NCBI GenBank assembly: GCA_964270895.1
Contig: OZ185439.1
Length of the DNA: 64,000 nt
DNA from: Podarcis filfolensis
Lineage: Eukaryota
Direction: 5' to 3' (one strand)
Position 1 is the first letter of the stretch. Each line of letters opens with the position of its first letter. Both the position numbers and the translations under genes were made by a program. Below, one piece after another: positions 1 through 13,299 of this stretch. The notes beneath the pieces were generated by a model. It ran no database searches. It was not told the DNA's origin and saw only the letters and a list, made by a program, of their open reading frames with translations.

Positions 1-2641
1 GGATTGCAAACGAGCTACAGTGCTCAGTTTGTGAGATAAGCTGCCTTTAGTGCTTCTGTCATAAACCCAAATACCAGCTTGCTGCCATTTCATTATAACA
101 TTATTAGATGCTATATGAAAAAGGCCAAAATCAACTGAGGCTAGTCAAGACAGTTCTGCAGAAAAAGTCTGATCCACATGTAATTTCATTTTATCCATAC
201 ACTGTACGGAATCACCTTAAACCCAACTCCTCTCAGAGAGTAGACAAAGCAGCTACCCTGTTTCTGTTTCATTGAAAGCAAGGCAGCTTACATTAAAGTG
301 TTCCTGACATGGACTGGGCTGGGAGCAGGGGAGTGTTATTCTAGGAACTACAAATACAAACTCCCTATAATTTAAATTATTTTCACATTACATGGGAATA
401 AAGTGAGACTTAAAAAAAGCATATCTTCACAAGCATGGGACAAAAAAACCAGCTCACAGTGAAATTCTACACATGTCTACTCAGAAGTAAGCGCCCACCA
501 AATTCAAGACGGCTTATTCCCAGGTAAACCGATATACTTTAATACTATAGATGTCCAAAGTCTGAAGATGTGATACAACAGAGTTCTTTATGCATTTATA
601 TAAATTCACAGATTCATATAAACGTGGGCCATGGAACACTACAATCTATGGTCAACCTCTGCATAAGCTGATCAACACAAAAGGATTATTGTTACATACA
701 AAGACACATGCACACAGACATCTATAGAATAGGTAAAATGGTGAGAAGACTAATGAGGAGCAGAAGGCAAACAGCTTACCCACAAGGAGGAACATTGCCA
801 TTATCATACCCATATTGCACTACATACTGCTCTCTCTTCCACCACATACTAATTGTCTTACCCATCCCTCCAAAGCAAGCTGTGATCTTCTGGGCATACT
901 GGCACAAACCATTTTCGTTGGAGGATTCTTCACCTAAGGTCTGTTCACTCATTGCTTTGAATGCAACTGCTTGTGTCCTTCACTAGCTACAACTTGCTGG
1001 AGACAAGATGTAAGCCTTCTGAGCTCTCTTCCAGTTCACTTCCATTAATAATTCAAGCACTCTTTAAAATCTGCTGAGCTCTTAGAATTGATTGCACCAG
1101 CCATTTTATAGCTTTGCAAGTAATTATGTTTAGCCTGTGTGTGTGTATCCGATTATGACATTCCGTTAATTTATAGACAATATGCAGAAATCACAACAAA
1201 ATGCATGCCTTTCATGACTGGCAGGAGATATTATGTTCAGCTGCGAGATATCAGATGGACATATCAATTTCTGCTCAACTAAGAATTAAAAAAGGAAGTT
1301 GAATAACCACATGGAGGATGATAAACATCATGTACAATTCAGTGTACAGGGCTCTGCTCCTTACAGATAGAGTGGAGTTCGATTAAAATAATGATGATGT
1401 TTGGCATAAAACTAATTTCCACATTTTTGTGTTTTATGTTATAAAAACAAATCAGAAAGAAAAACACGGCGCAAAAACTTCCAAGGAAATAACTGCTACA
1501 CTTTATCTACATGTTTTAAACAGAGTTGTTATAGATGGAACTGTGGATGTTCTATACTGAAAAATCCAGATTGGTATACCTTTTAGCATGCATAATGTCA
1601 TTCTTTCCCCATTCACCTAATGAAAGCAATGATAATAGGTAAAAAGAATAGTATTGGAGAAAAACCACTTTGGGGGGTTTGTTTTGCGGTTATTGTTTTT
1701 TTGCAATCAAGCAGTGCATACATTTTGTGAAATAATATATAAATATATATATTAGGGATAGAAACTAAACAAACTAAAGAATAATTTTCTCATCCAGCTG
1801 AGTTGCATTCATGCACTTAATTTAACTTAGGTTAGCTTCTTAGCCATGTGAGATGCAACCAAGTTGTTCAGAAAGTAGCCTAATGGTACCAAGCTACTTT
1901 TTCAACTCATCTAGGCGAATGAACATTTGCAGCAGTGAATCAGACCACCCCAGCTATTTTATTAATTATCATTCAGGCATGACCTAATTGTCTACACAAA
2001 GATACTGTTTTTTATTAACCTGACCTTAAAATTTTAACAATTTAACAGGAAGTTGAACTTCTCCCTGATTTGCAAAAAGCATATAATATAGTTAGTGTAG
2101 TATTATCTCCTATGGCAGAGGAAAGTTCTGGAGGAACTCTACATGAAAAACCTGCTATTGGCTTATGGAAAACATACAAAACATGCACATTATACAGCCA
2201 AGCATGCTGTATTACACATCCTACATCGTCACCTCCCCCACTCCCTCCATTTCACTAGGATTCTCCCTATAGAAGCTCCAATTTTTAAAATCTGTTTTTA
2301 TTAAAACATTTATCTACTGCCTTTCTGTATTGAAAAGAGGCCCTAAGGCATATTAGAGCCCCCAAATCAGGGCTTCAACACCACACATACAAGTTATCTC
2401 CAGAAAATTTGTTTCTCTTCCTCAAGGCATATTAAGAACTGCCACCGCAACATTACCCGGCAAAGTCACAGACTTCTTACAAACAATTCCAAGAGAATTC
2501 CTCCTTATGCACATTTTAACTTTGAAAAATAATAATCTCAATTTATTATTATTTATTCAATTTATATCCCACCTTTCTGCCTGAAGGAATCAAAGTCAGC
2601 AGTCATTTGTCACATAAGAGCCTCCAAGAGACTTACAAAGT

Positions 2642-2786
2642 TTAGCTCAGCTGTTTATAGAGCATGGTGCTGATAATGTCAAGGTTGCAGGTTTTATCTC
2701 TGTAAGGGCCAGCTGCATATTCCTGCATTGCAGGGGGTTGGACTAGATAATCCTCAGGGTATCTTCCAAATCTACAGTTTTATGAT
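2642..2786 (+). mobile_element. tRNA-Ile-headed SINE with the same CR1-type tail
   Basis: Head TTAGCTCAG..TAGAGCATGGTGCTGATAATGTCAAGGTTGCAGG..GGGCCA resembles tRNA-Ile; tail TATTCCTGCATTGCAGGGGGTTGGACTAGAT..TTCCAAATCTA. Confidence 0.8.
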
Positions 2787-3180
2787 CATGGCATAAAATT
2801 GGGAGAATGGGACCAATGAGTACCTTACAATAAAAACGTTACTGTGACCTATTAATCAAATGCAATAAAACAGCAGCAAAACAAAAAACCCCACCAAACT
2901 TACTTTCAATAGACAGCAAAATCATCATAATCCATCAAATGCCTGGAAGAAGAGGTGCCCAGTGCTGAAAGATATTAATGATAGTGCTAAGGAAAGCTCA
3001 CTGGGGAAAGCATTCCACAAGCCAGGAGTCACAATCCTCTTTCAAAGGGCGAACCAGGAGGAGGACCTAGGATAAAGGGTCTAGGTAGGGTCATAGTCAA
3101 ACAAGTATGACAACCTCTGAATGAAGCTTTGTGTTTAATGGAATCAAGCAGTCTTCAGCTACATTTACAATGCAATTGTG

Positions 3181-3426
3181 TACAGTGGTACCTCGGGTTA
3201 AGTACTTAATTCGTTCCAGAGGTCCGCTCTTAACCTGAAACTGTTCTTAGCCTGAAGCACCACTTTAGCTAATGGGGCCTCCCGCTGCTGCCGCGCCGCC
3301 ACCGCGTGATTTCTGTTCTCATCCTGAAGCAAAGTTCTTAACCCGAGGTACTATTTCTGGGTTAGCGGAGTCTGTAACCTGAAGCGTATGTAACCTGAAG
3401 CGTATGTAACCCGAGGTACCACTGTA
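3181..3426. mobile_element. Tc1/mariner (Tigger/pogo-like) MITE
   Basis: TIRs TA|CAGTGGTACCTCGGGTTA ... TAACCCGAGGTACCACTG|TA with TA target duplication; subterminal GTAACCTGAAGCGTAT repeats. Confidence 0.9.
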
Positions 3427-4840
3427 TTTGCTGACTAGATTTCAGCGGGATTTACTCCAGAGTACTACCATTCATTTAGCACTTTTACTAAGATAAACTA
3501 CAATCAATCAAGATGGATATGCAACAGCAGAAAATGGATAGTTATTTATTTGTTTAAAGGAAGGATGCTGCAAGGCAAATGTCAGGGATCAAGTAAGTCC
3601 AATAAGTTCAGAAGGTAAGCAGCAATGGCATGGCATATTGCATCCTTTCAAAAAGCAGTTCTATCTATCATTTATCTATCTATCTATCATCAATATATTT
3701 ATATACCACGTCATAAAAAAAAAATCAGAGTGGTTTACAACAGCTATAATAAAACCATACAATAAGAATCATATAAAATATTTTAAAATTAGGGATCAGC
3801 TAACTATCATGGAAATATGCATTCTAAATTGCTCGCATAAGCCTGATGAAGCCTGACAGAAGAGTTTACAGCAGGTGTTTAGAAGTTGAAACAGAAGGCG
3901 CTTGCTGAATCTCAATTGGCAGAGTATTCCACAAGGAACACCCTTTATGCTTGCCTTTGTGCTCACTTGTCATAAAATGGGCTATGAACTCAACCTAGAA
4001 AAATCACTAAGATAATGTTTTGATCCATAACGTTTGGGATTTGGACTGAACATTTTGCTCTGTTTTGAAATCCCTGTTCAGCCAAGAACTCCCATAGTGG
4101 GTCTGAGGCACAATTCAGAGCTCTAATTCTCCATCTTCAGAGTTTGAAATAATCAATCTGCCTCCTAGCAGAGGGCTGCAAAGTTGATTTCCATGCTGCA
4201 AATGAGAAACACAATCATATATAGCACATCACCAGCAGACAGGTATTGTTGACGAACTAATCAAATCAGAAGACAGTGTTGGCTATGAAAGAAAGGCTTA
4301 GCTGTGCTGCAAGGATCATTTAGAAATCACAGAACAAAGAAAAGGCAATGCAGCATATTGAGAGCTACTCTTCGCCCCTGCATTTGGGAAGGGCTTTATG
4401 GCAGCCAGTGATCTAATCTGATGTCATCCTGGCAGCAAGCTGGAGAATCTTGTTTGTATTCTCAGACATATAAAAGGTCGTCAATAGGGCTGTTTTCAAA
4501 CAGACAGGGATTAAAAGACTTTGCCTGACTGCTCCTTGGCTACGTGAGGAAGGAAGACGCTTTGGAACACAGTGGGAGAATGGCAGCCGAGACCACCCAA
4601 AACTTGAGGAAGGAAGGTGTGTGCTGTGACTTTACATACATTGCATTCATTTAAGTTTGTGGCCTGTGAAATGGATAGTGCTGAGGCATACCAATTTTTA
4701 GCTCATTTCATAAGCATGTCCTTTTACTAACAGGGTAGCATCCTGTGCTTAACTGGCACTAGCCACATCAGGGGCTTCCCAACTCAACTCCTCCAAAAGT
4801 CTGAGCATCATGTGAAAGCAAGGGAAAGAGCCTTACACAC

Positions 4841-4992
4841 TTAGGTTGAACACTTCATCTGCATGCGAGGAGTCCTAGTTTCTTTCTAGGTGAGGTTGGG
4901 AAAGACCCTCTCTGAAATCCTGGAAAACTACAGCCAGGTATGGTAGGCAAGCTGGATGGACGAATAATCTGTTCTGGTATAAGGCAGCTTCC
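4841..4992 (+). mobile_element. tRNA-Ala-headed SINE, strongly degraded
   Basis: GGTTGGGAAAGACCCTCTCTGAAATCCTGGAAAAC body and GGTATAAGGCAGCTTCC tail. Confidence 0.65.
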
Positions 4993-5196
4993 ACTGTGAG
5001 CTTAATGTCTGACTGGCTTCCAAGAATCCTGATTCAGCTGAGAGATGATTGGTATTTTAATACAGTTTAGTCCCAGGGAAGTCCTGTTTAGGCATTCAGA
5101 ATGCAAATTCAATTAATGTACAAGATGGAAACAGAAAGTTCTGCTGCTTCCCCCAGTGGCTGCTCAGTGAACGCCTGAACAAAACCTTTGCACACA

Positions 5197-5199
<3 letters not shown>

Positions 5200-5233
<34 letters not shown>

Positions 5234-5245
5234 GTGTGTGTGTGT
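5200..5245. repeat. (GT)n microsatellite
   Basis: Direct reading; one interrupting GC unit. Confidence 0.95.
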
Positions 5246-5420
5246 AGGCTCTGTTCACACTAGTGGGAAGCTTAACACCAATGGGTGTTCATTCCTAAGA
5301 ACAGAAATACCTCCATATGTACAGCTGCATGTGCAGAGGCTCTATTCAGACATTCAGTAACCTTGTGTAGGAGAAAGACCCCAGCCTGCCATCCTCGCAC
5401 ATTCACTGAATGTGCAGTGC
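5246..5420. mobile_element. Short Harbinger-like MITE remnants
   Basis: GGCTCTGTTCACACT and GGCTCTATTCAGACATTCAGT ... ACTGAATGTGCAGTGCC inverted ends; a complementary end AATGTCTGAATAGGGCT recurs near 29304-29320. Confidence 0.45.
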
Positions 5421-7044
5421 CTGAACAGGGCATTTTTTCTGAGCACTCTGCTAATACGTTTTTACAAGCTCCTCTCAGTTTCTTGCTAAGTGTCCCAGTC
5501 TCTCATGTGCAATGTGCTGGACACTTAAAGCACATATATGAATAACTTGTGCAAAGAAATACTGTGCATTCTCTATTACACAGAGAATAAGTTCAGGTGA
5601 TTTGGTTTTACAAGAACCAGATTCAGGCTCACACAATCTTTCTAGTGCAGTCACTTTCATATTATTATTATTATTCTATTTCTATCCCAGCCTTCCAAAG
5701 GAGCCTGGGGCAGCAGACATCAGAATGCTGATTTATTTATGCTAATATATATGCAAATTTATATATTGTTATTAAAGAGATGTAATGCACCCCACCATAG
5801 TGGTAAAATGCCTGTCTGTTATGCTATTCAGGTGCTAAATGATGATGAGCAACTTAGAGATCTGCCTCCTTAAGGCTCTTTAGCTTTAAACCACACTTGG
5901 ATGAGATAGGAATAGCCTTTTAAGCAGGACCCTATTTCTTGCCTGTGCACATCCTGCCCCGCCCCCTTTCTTTGCTGCAAACCACAGTTTGTCAATACAC
6001 ACAACCAATCAAAAACCTGTAATTTGTCTGCAAGTTAGAACTGCAAGTTACAGTTTGACCATGTAGATTTCAATTATGATTTGCAGAGCACTGAAAAACT
6101 TCACAAAACAAGGAGATGGAAACCCAGCGTCAAATAAAAAGCCTTTTTTAAAACCGCTTTTCTGTGGGCTCACAAATATATCGACTGAAGAGGCAATTGA
6201 TATGGGAGACTCACTTGGGCCATTCCTGGTGACTAAAATATGACTAACCAGCATGTTTTCATGGAAATCTCTGGAGTAGTTTTAATTCCACAGTAGTAGC
6301 AAACTGCATCCAATTGAATTTTTTCATTATAGACACTGTACACAATCCATCAGGTGAGATCTCTTGCACAAGACCTAAATGAAAAGGAACACAGCAGTGT
6401 TCTTGAGGAACCCCCATTCATTTTGATGCAGCACACACAGGTAAACTTCCCAGTCGACTATCTTTTTTTAAAAAGTGAGAATAACTATGTTTCTTGCATG
6501 CTTTTTACTCTGTAATTTAGTTTCTTTAAAACAAAATTGGCTGGACCTTAGAAAGAGAGGAAGAAGAGGGGGGAAAGCACACAGCTATAGTAAGAATCCA
6601 GGCCTGATTTATTTTTTTCTTCACTAATCAGTTTGGTCACAGGGACATTTTCAAATCCCCCTGATGGGTGGGGAAGGGAGACTAATCTCCTTTCAGGTGG
6701 TGAAGGTTCAATGGAGAAAAGCAAGGGGAAATATCTAATTAAAGTCATTACTTTTATGCTGCTCAGCTCTATTCATCTGGTTGACTTGACATGGCCTTTT
6801 CAACTGTATGGAAAAGGAGAGATTAGAATGAAGAATAATAGGGCAGCTCCTTAGTGAGCAGTTTCCATGAACCAGGAGCTCAACAAAGTGGCTAATGAGA
6901 TGTGGGCTTGAATTTCTGGTTTGTTTCTGTTGTTGTGCATTTAGGAGCTTCCTTATTGACATGAAAACTACTTACTGTTGCTACTAGTGTTGCTATCAAG
7001 CAGCAACAAAAAAGGATACTTTTCTCCCTTTAGGAAAATTCAAT

Positions 7045-7290
7045 TAGAGTGGTACCTTGGGTTACATACGCTTCGGGTTACATACACTTCAGGTTACAGA
7101 CTCCGCTAACCCAGAAATATTGCCTCAGGTTAAGAACTTTGCCCCAGGATGAGAACAGAAATCATGCTGCAGCAGCGCAGCAGCAGCGGGAGGCCCCATT
7201 AGCTAAAGTGGTGCTTCAGGTTAAGAACAGTTTCAGGTTAAGAACAGACCTCCAGAACGAACTAAGTTCTTAACCCGAGGTACCACTGTA
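7045..7290. mobile_element. Same Tigger-like MITE family as 3181, inverted orientation
   Basis: TA|GAGTGGTACCTTGGGTTA ... TAACCCGAGGTACCACTG|TA; the internal sequence is a diverged reverse complement of 3181-3426. Confidence 0.9.
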
Positions 7291-8429
7291 CATGCTTCAG
7301 ATTGCCAAACTTAAGTCTAATAGTGACAAGCCCGAGGCAATGATCAGCAGGCCCTTCCGTATCCAGAAGGACGTGGGCATCCACTGTATGTGATGTTGGT
7401 TGCTCAGCTTCACAAGTTAGGTGCTCTTTGACTTTGAATTGCATTAGTATCCAGAACTGTTTTTCACTGTTTTTCACTGGTGATAATCCTGAGGCCCTTT
7501 TCAAAAAAGTTCTGATCTAGAGATGATCATCCAAGACTTTTTAAACCTCAAAGCTAGAGCAATGTATCACTCTATGGTGATAGAGGGTAAGCTTCAGCTA
7601 GTGCAAAACTGGTCCTTCCTCTTGATCAGGGTGGGTCACTATTTCCTCCGTTGATTTTGTGATTTTGACCATGCAGTTGTTAATGTTCCCTCCACACCCT
7701 GCCAACAACCACCAAGCCCTAGGACTTGTAAAAATAACCAAGTGAAGTTTTCTTCAGCCAAATACAAAAACATAGACCTCTCTTAATTCAGACAGCCTAG
7801 CTCTTGTCTCACAGCATCAAGTCTGAAAGCTTGCATTAGCACTGCCTGCTGGGTGTACGTGCACTACCAAACCCACTTGTACAGTGCTCTCAGCATAAGA
7901 GATCAATAAAAATCAGCTTTCCATCACAATGCCGGGAAACAAAAGAGCTGAGTCACACTTTGTTAATGTAGCAATCTGATCAGCTTATCTATTATGTCTC
8001 TCTCAGATATATAAATATATATTATGGCCAAAAATAAGTCTGTAACAGAGACCTTTTCCCATCCTCCCCACTTCATTCCCACAACAGACTAGACTGAAAT
8101 ATGCATATGAAACAGTTTGGCTATGATAATCAGTACTGATTAAATTATTCACTTTAATCAGTACTGATGATCATAGCTTAACTATTTTCTTTAGTCTTCT
8201 AGCCTAATTAATCTCCCATTCACTGGCAGAATACTCAGAACATATTACAGATACAGTATTAGCAGGTCTTACTTGCAAATGTTTACAGGATCAACCATTG
8301 CTGCCTCACTTGTGTTGAAAATTAGTGTGTGGATCATAAAGTGATACCACAAAATGAGAAACATACACAGGAGTAAGTGAAATGGCAGGTTTTACTGTAC
8401 CAACTCAATTCAAAATGAGTTTTCAGAAC

Positions 8430-8860
8430 AAGGGATGGGCAAATCTGTTTCTGTTTCTCTCAGTTTTTCATTTTTACAATCTTAAATTCAGTTCTCCATA
8501 TTTCCACATCAGCTTGCAATCTTTAGGAAAATTCTCCAGAAAATAATGTTATTTTTTCCATATGCACGCGCGCGCACACACACACACGTACAGATAAGCA
8601 ACTTTGCTTAATACATTTTTGCAAAGCAATTTCTCCTAATATAATGCATTTTGTATGTTATTTTCATAAATGTATGCATAATACCAATTTTACCTCAGAA
8701 TGCACATTTTTGTAGATATTATTTGGCTGGAGAACTGCATTGGAATATTTGAAGGCATGTGAATTTGGAGGCTGCTTGTGCTTCAGATCTTGCATTGCTT
8801 CGCAAAGTCTGAATTAGGTTGGTTCACCTTCAAATGCAATTAAATTTCTCCTCGGATTCA
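8430..8860. mobile_element. Non-autonomous DNA-transposon-like repeat (AGGGATGGG start, hAT-Tip100-like)
   Basis: Starts CAAGGGATGGGC; AT-rich core with TGCATTTT/AAAATGCA-type repeats. Recognised by pattern only; right end not resolved. Confidence 0.45.
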
Positions 8861-10740
8861 AAACATAGGCAGTGTTATTGTAGGGCAGGGCAAAAAGAGA
8901 AAGACAGTCTGTTCTCTGGGAAAAATCAACTTTCTCCGTGCTGGCAGAGGACCACGGGTAGTTCTAGGTGGTTTTTACAAGTGGAAACGAGGCTGGGCAG
9001 ATTAACATTTTTCATGTGAGATAAAACTTGCTGGCCTGGAATCCACTTGTGCTTTATTGAACATCCCCCACTCCACAATTTCTGTAGTGCCAACACAGGC
9101 TAGATATGCCACTCCAACAACTAGCGTGTCAAATCACTAGACTTGGCTTGAGTTCAAATCTCTCCAAGTCCTGCAAAGGCAATGTAGCAAATCTACCAGC
9201 AAAATGAAAATGCAGTGTCTTTTCAGTAAGGCACTCTTCTAGTTACATTTTTAGGTCACAGGAAAGAAATGTGCAAGTAAATGCCAACTCTACTGCAAGG
9301 AATCATGGTTCAAAGCACAGATATAAAGCAAGTCAGGAAGAAAAGGCTGCGTTGCTCGATTGGCCATAGGTAAAGCTGCCACCTGTTACAATTAAGCAGA
9401 AAAAAGCCCACTTGGGATGTCAGCCCAACAGGCTACAAAAGAAGTAGGATAAAGTATTCTAGGTAGAAGCAGATTTCCTACAACTTGTGGATGAGTCCTC
9501 TGACATTCATAATCATAAACTGAATGGTCAAGAATTACACTGAACAACATTTTGCTGTACCAAGATTTGGATTCAGTAAAAACCCATTTGACTACTAGCC
9601 TGGACAACCTTCTACTCTGTCCTCATGGATCTTGATTCTATAGTCACAGATAAATATTATTCAGGGCCAGCTTTTAGCAACATTGCAAGCAAGATTTGGT
9701 AATTGAAGCAAAGTTCTGTAAATGAAATAGTTTGTCTTTTACGTTTCACTAAACTTTCAGCCTTGTTAAAGCTGTCAGGAGCATTTAGGTTGCTCGTACA
9801 TTCTCACTAAATTTTTTTAGCAATGGTATTTGGCAACTACTCTTGCAACTTCAGGTCATCCCGTGTTTCTCTCCATCAGGCCACTGGAATCACTGATGAG
9901 ACTAGCTGTGGACTTCCAAGATTCCTTCAAATATAACCCCCAGAACCATGAGAACTATAAATATTTTTAGTAAAATCTGAACCACTCTTGAAATGTGGAA
10001 ACTGATATGTGGAACACAGAGAACTTTGTTCATAATTCAGTCTAGATTGGTCTTCTTTGAGTTCAAAATAGAGGTACACCTACACAGAAATCCTGAAGTT
10101 AAAACACATGTAGATCTGATTCACACCCCGCTCCCGCAATCTATGTATTCCAATAATTAAGCATACCTGTCCAGACCACAACACCATGTAATTACAGAAT
10201 GGGAATGCACAATTCTGAGAATGATTTTTAAAAGCAGACGACAACCTGCCCATGGACATTTACCTGTTGAGAGATGATCATAGTAAATGATACTGTGCCC
10301 CCCCTCCAAAAAAAATCTATTTTGCCACCTGGTAGTACCCTAATTACCTGTTATATTTTAGTATCTCTTTTTTCTTTTTTTTTTTCTTTTTTTGCCTGCC
10401 AGGGAAGAACATCCTGATACTTTCAAGTAATACTTTAGTAGGGAAGAAGTCATTATTTGTGAGGATGCTGAGTTTTAGTGTACCAAGTAATTTTCAGTCT
10501 ATAGAGCCATAAAAAAGGTGACAACTTGTCACCAGGAGCCAGTTATGTAGTGCATTAGACTTTACAAAGTACAAGAAAAGTTAATCCTTTGTTATCAAAG
10601 CTTAATTTGCTTGGAAGTTGTATCCCAGGATAACAGGAAGCTGGATGCACCGCTTTGATTCTGCTGATGTCACCAATATGAAGAGAATGCTGCTTTGTGT
10701 GAAGAGAAAGACTAAAATATAACCTTCTGGAGCGGGCAGG

Positions 10741-10925
10741 ACTGTTTCTAAGTGGGAGAGTACATGCTTTGCATGTAGAAAGTCCCACGTCCAATCCCTG
10801 GCATCAGAGGAAGCAGATGAAGTAGAAGTCTGAAAGACCTCTACCTGAAACTTCCAGTCAGAATATAAAATAGTGGAAAGATGAAGCAATAGTTTGACCC
10901 AGTACAATACGGGCAGCCCAGTCCT
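10741..10925 (+). mobile_element. tRNA-Ala(TGC)-headed SINE, degraded
   Basis: GAGAGTACATGCTTTGCATGTAGAAAGTCCCACGTCCAATCCCTGGCATC follows tRNA-Ala-TGC; body GAAAGACCTCTACCTGAAAC. Confidence 0.7.
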
Positions 10926-12858
10926 ACACACTGCTGTGTATCACAGTGTAAAATCCTATTCTCTATCAATGATACAATGGACAAAGAAAAAAGGTTCCTG
11001 CTAGTGTTCCTGAAGGCTATACTATCATATCCCGTGCTGTGATAGGGACCAATATCTTGGGTATGCTGCTGCAATGACTACTCTCTTCCCTTACTGTTAT
11101 GCCTCTTTTGTCCTTGACCACCCTACTCTTTAACTATGGTTAATTGAAATAAACCAATTTCAAAAAAAAAATCCAACAAACCACAGTTAACAATAATCAC
11201 AGTTCAGGATTCTGGATTCAGACAACACAAGCAGCTGTGCTTAATCTGAAACAAGACCAAAAGTTTCCAAATTCCATCTTTGTAGTTGCACTGGAAGAGG
11301 GGAAGTACATGAGCCCAAGGCCCATTCCTGCAGTATGAAGCCCTAGTTTTATCTGAATGAGACCTATGTGATCATACACAGGAGACAGATACGCATCAAT
11401 AAACCCTTTAATTCACCATTATAATTCTGGGGGACACACCTGTTCAGGCTGTGGAATTTCAAGTTCTTCAAATTCAGTAGGATATTTGTCCAAGAATGAC
11501 ACAAGTCCACAATTAACACGAAAGTTGCTTTTAAGTTATATTCCAAATATGCAAGAAGAAAAGCTAATTGGGGAGCTTCTTGTAGCTTCTTGCACTACAA
11601 ACATAAGCATAAACTAACCCAGGAATTATCAGCTAAAATTCTAATGCTCTTAGCAGATGCTGGGTATATTTTTGTTCTGGAACTAGCTTGGCAACATCCA
11701 CTTATTTCTCTTTAACTACAAACAAGCCGCAAGCCAATCTTTACTGCTTTTTGCTGTCCTTTTTGTGCTGCTGCCAAATACTTGCATTACCCCCCCTACC
11801 TCCCTTAAGTCATCCAACTGACACACAAAATAATTTGAGGGTTGTTGTTTTTCTTCCACTGAAATCATCAAAAGCAAACACTTCACACTGACACTTCACA
11901 CTCAAAAAGAAAGGTTTTGCATATGCTTTCACTGCCTCAAGTGTCTGGAAATGAAATTGTCAAACTGTCTTGTTACTGAAGAAAAACAATACATGAAAGG
12001 GAATACATCTGTTTCTCGATCCCCAACTCAGTGAACTGAAAGAAGAAAATAATTGCATTATATACATGCCCTTTTTCTGTCATTAGAGACACTGCACAGA
12101 GAAGGAATCGTACTACTTTCCCTGCATATGCAGATGTAAATCTACTGCACAATAATCCACGTTATATGGCAGGCTCTCTTTTTAATTTAGCATATGGTCA
12201 ATCCAATTCCTGGCTGCTAGGCAGAGTGTTAAATCACCTGCTTGCTATTGGTGCCCAGAAGCTGATTTGGGAGCTGGTGGTTAGCTGGTATATTTTAGCA
12301 GAGCAGCGTCAGAACACATGTCTTTGCATGCTTTAGGTCTAAAAGCACACCCTATATTACTTCATCTGCAAAACAATTACCTTGTTAAACTACTGGAAAA
12401 TGCCACGCCTTCAAACTGTTCAAAAAGACAAGAGACCATTCACACCAGAACCATTTATACTGCAGCTCCACATTCATTCATTCATTCATTCATTTGAAAG
12501 TACCAATATTATCAGTGAACAATCAAACTGGTAGCATTGTACCTACGTGTTTCCAAGTGAAAAATGTGGAATAAACTGTTATTTTTGCCTACACTTTAAT
12601 TACGTCCCACCCGTTGTATTCCTCCCAGTGCAATAAGTATTATTTTTTAAAGACCTGAACTCAAAAACTTAAATCCATCACTATCCAGTGTGTCATCTTA
12701 ATAAATACATCACATTATGAAACTTTCCCTTTTTTGTGGGAAGAAACAATTGTTTCTCAGAGCTTCATATTTCAAGACAAGTTGGAGCAAAGCAGGTTTC
12801 AGCTGAAAGAAAAGCAGTTTATCCAAGGGAGTTGTGGGATCTCCTCAGGAAATATACA

Positions 12859-13032
12859 AAGCTGTCTTATACAAATCCAGCTGCCTGTCTAACCCACCGT
12901 TGCCTTTTCTGACGATGCAGGCTTCCAGGGTCTGAAGCAGAGGTCTTTTCCTAACACTCACTACCTGATCCTTTTACTAAAGTGACCAGGGATTGAACCT
13001 GGGGTCTTCTGCATGCAATACATGTGCTCAAC
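12859..13032 (-). mobile_element. tRNA-Ala-headed SINE, degraded
   Basis: Reverse complement contains GAGCACATGTATTGCATGCAGAAGACCCCAGGTTCAATCCCTGG and the tail GTATAAGACAGCTT. Confidence 0.75.
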
Positions 13033-13185
13033 GACCAATCTATAGTTCATCCTTCCCTAGTAATATTTCAATAAGAAGTCGTAGGAAACTGCTTACGTCC
13101 AAGGAATGTTGTTGTTGCATGAATTGGTCCAGATGGCCAATATATAGTATATATAGCCAGGCCAAGTTGAGTTTTCCCATTAAGC

Positions 13186-13299
13186 CAGCCTTCACCAACC
13201 TGGTGCCCTCCAGCTGTTTTAGACTACAGTTCCCATCATCCCCTGCCACTGACAGCTGAAGTCCAAAACAGCTGGAAAGCACCAGGTTGGCAAAGGATG
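13186..13299. mobile_element. Older hAT-type palindromic MITE
   Basis: TIR CAGCCTTCACCAACCTGGTG / CACCAGGTTGGCAAAGGATG; degenerate 8-bp TSD CATTAAGC/TAATAAGC. Confidence 0.8.

Larger units (their letters stand above)
2535..3945 (-). mobile_element. Fragmented old L2 pieces (about 2535-2640, 2925-3095, 3660-3945) interleaved with a SINE and a MITE
   Basis: TTTATATCCCACCTTT tail motif; GGAAAGCATTCCACA and GCAGAGTATTCCACA motifs typical of L2 3' regions. Confidence 0.5.

Noticed and set aside
8127-8168. 16-bp palindrome TAATCAGTACTGATTA partly duplicated 28 bp later
   Set aside because: Short local duplication with no flanking context suggesting function.
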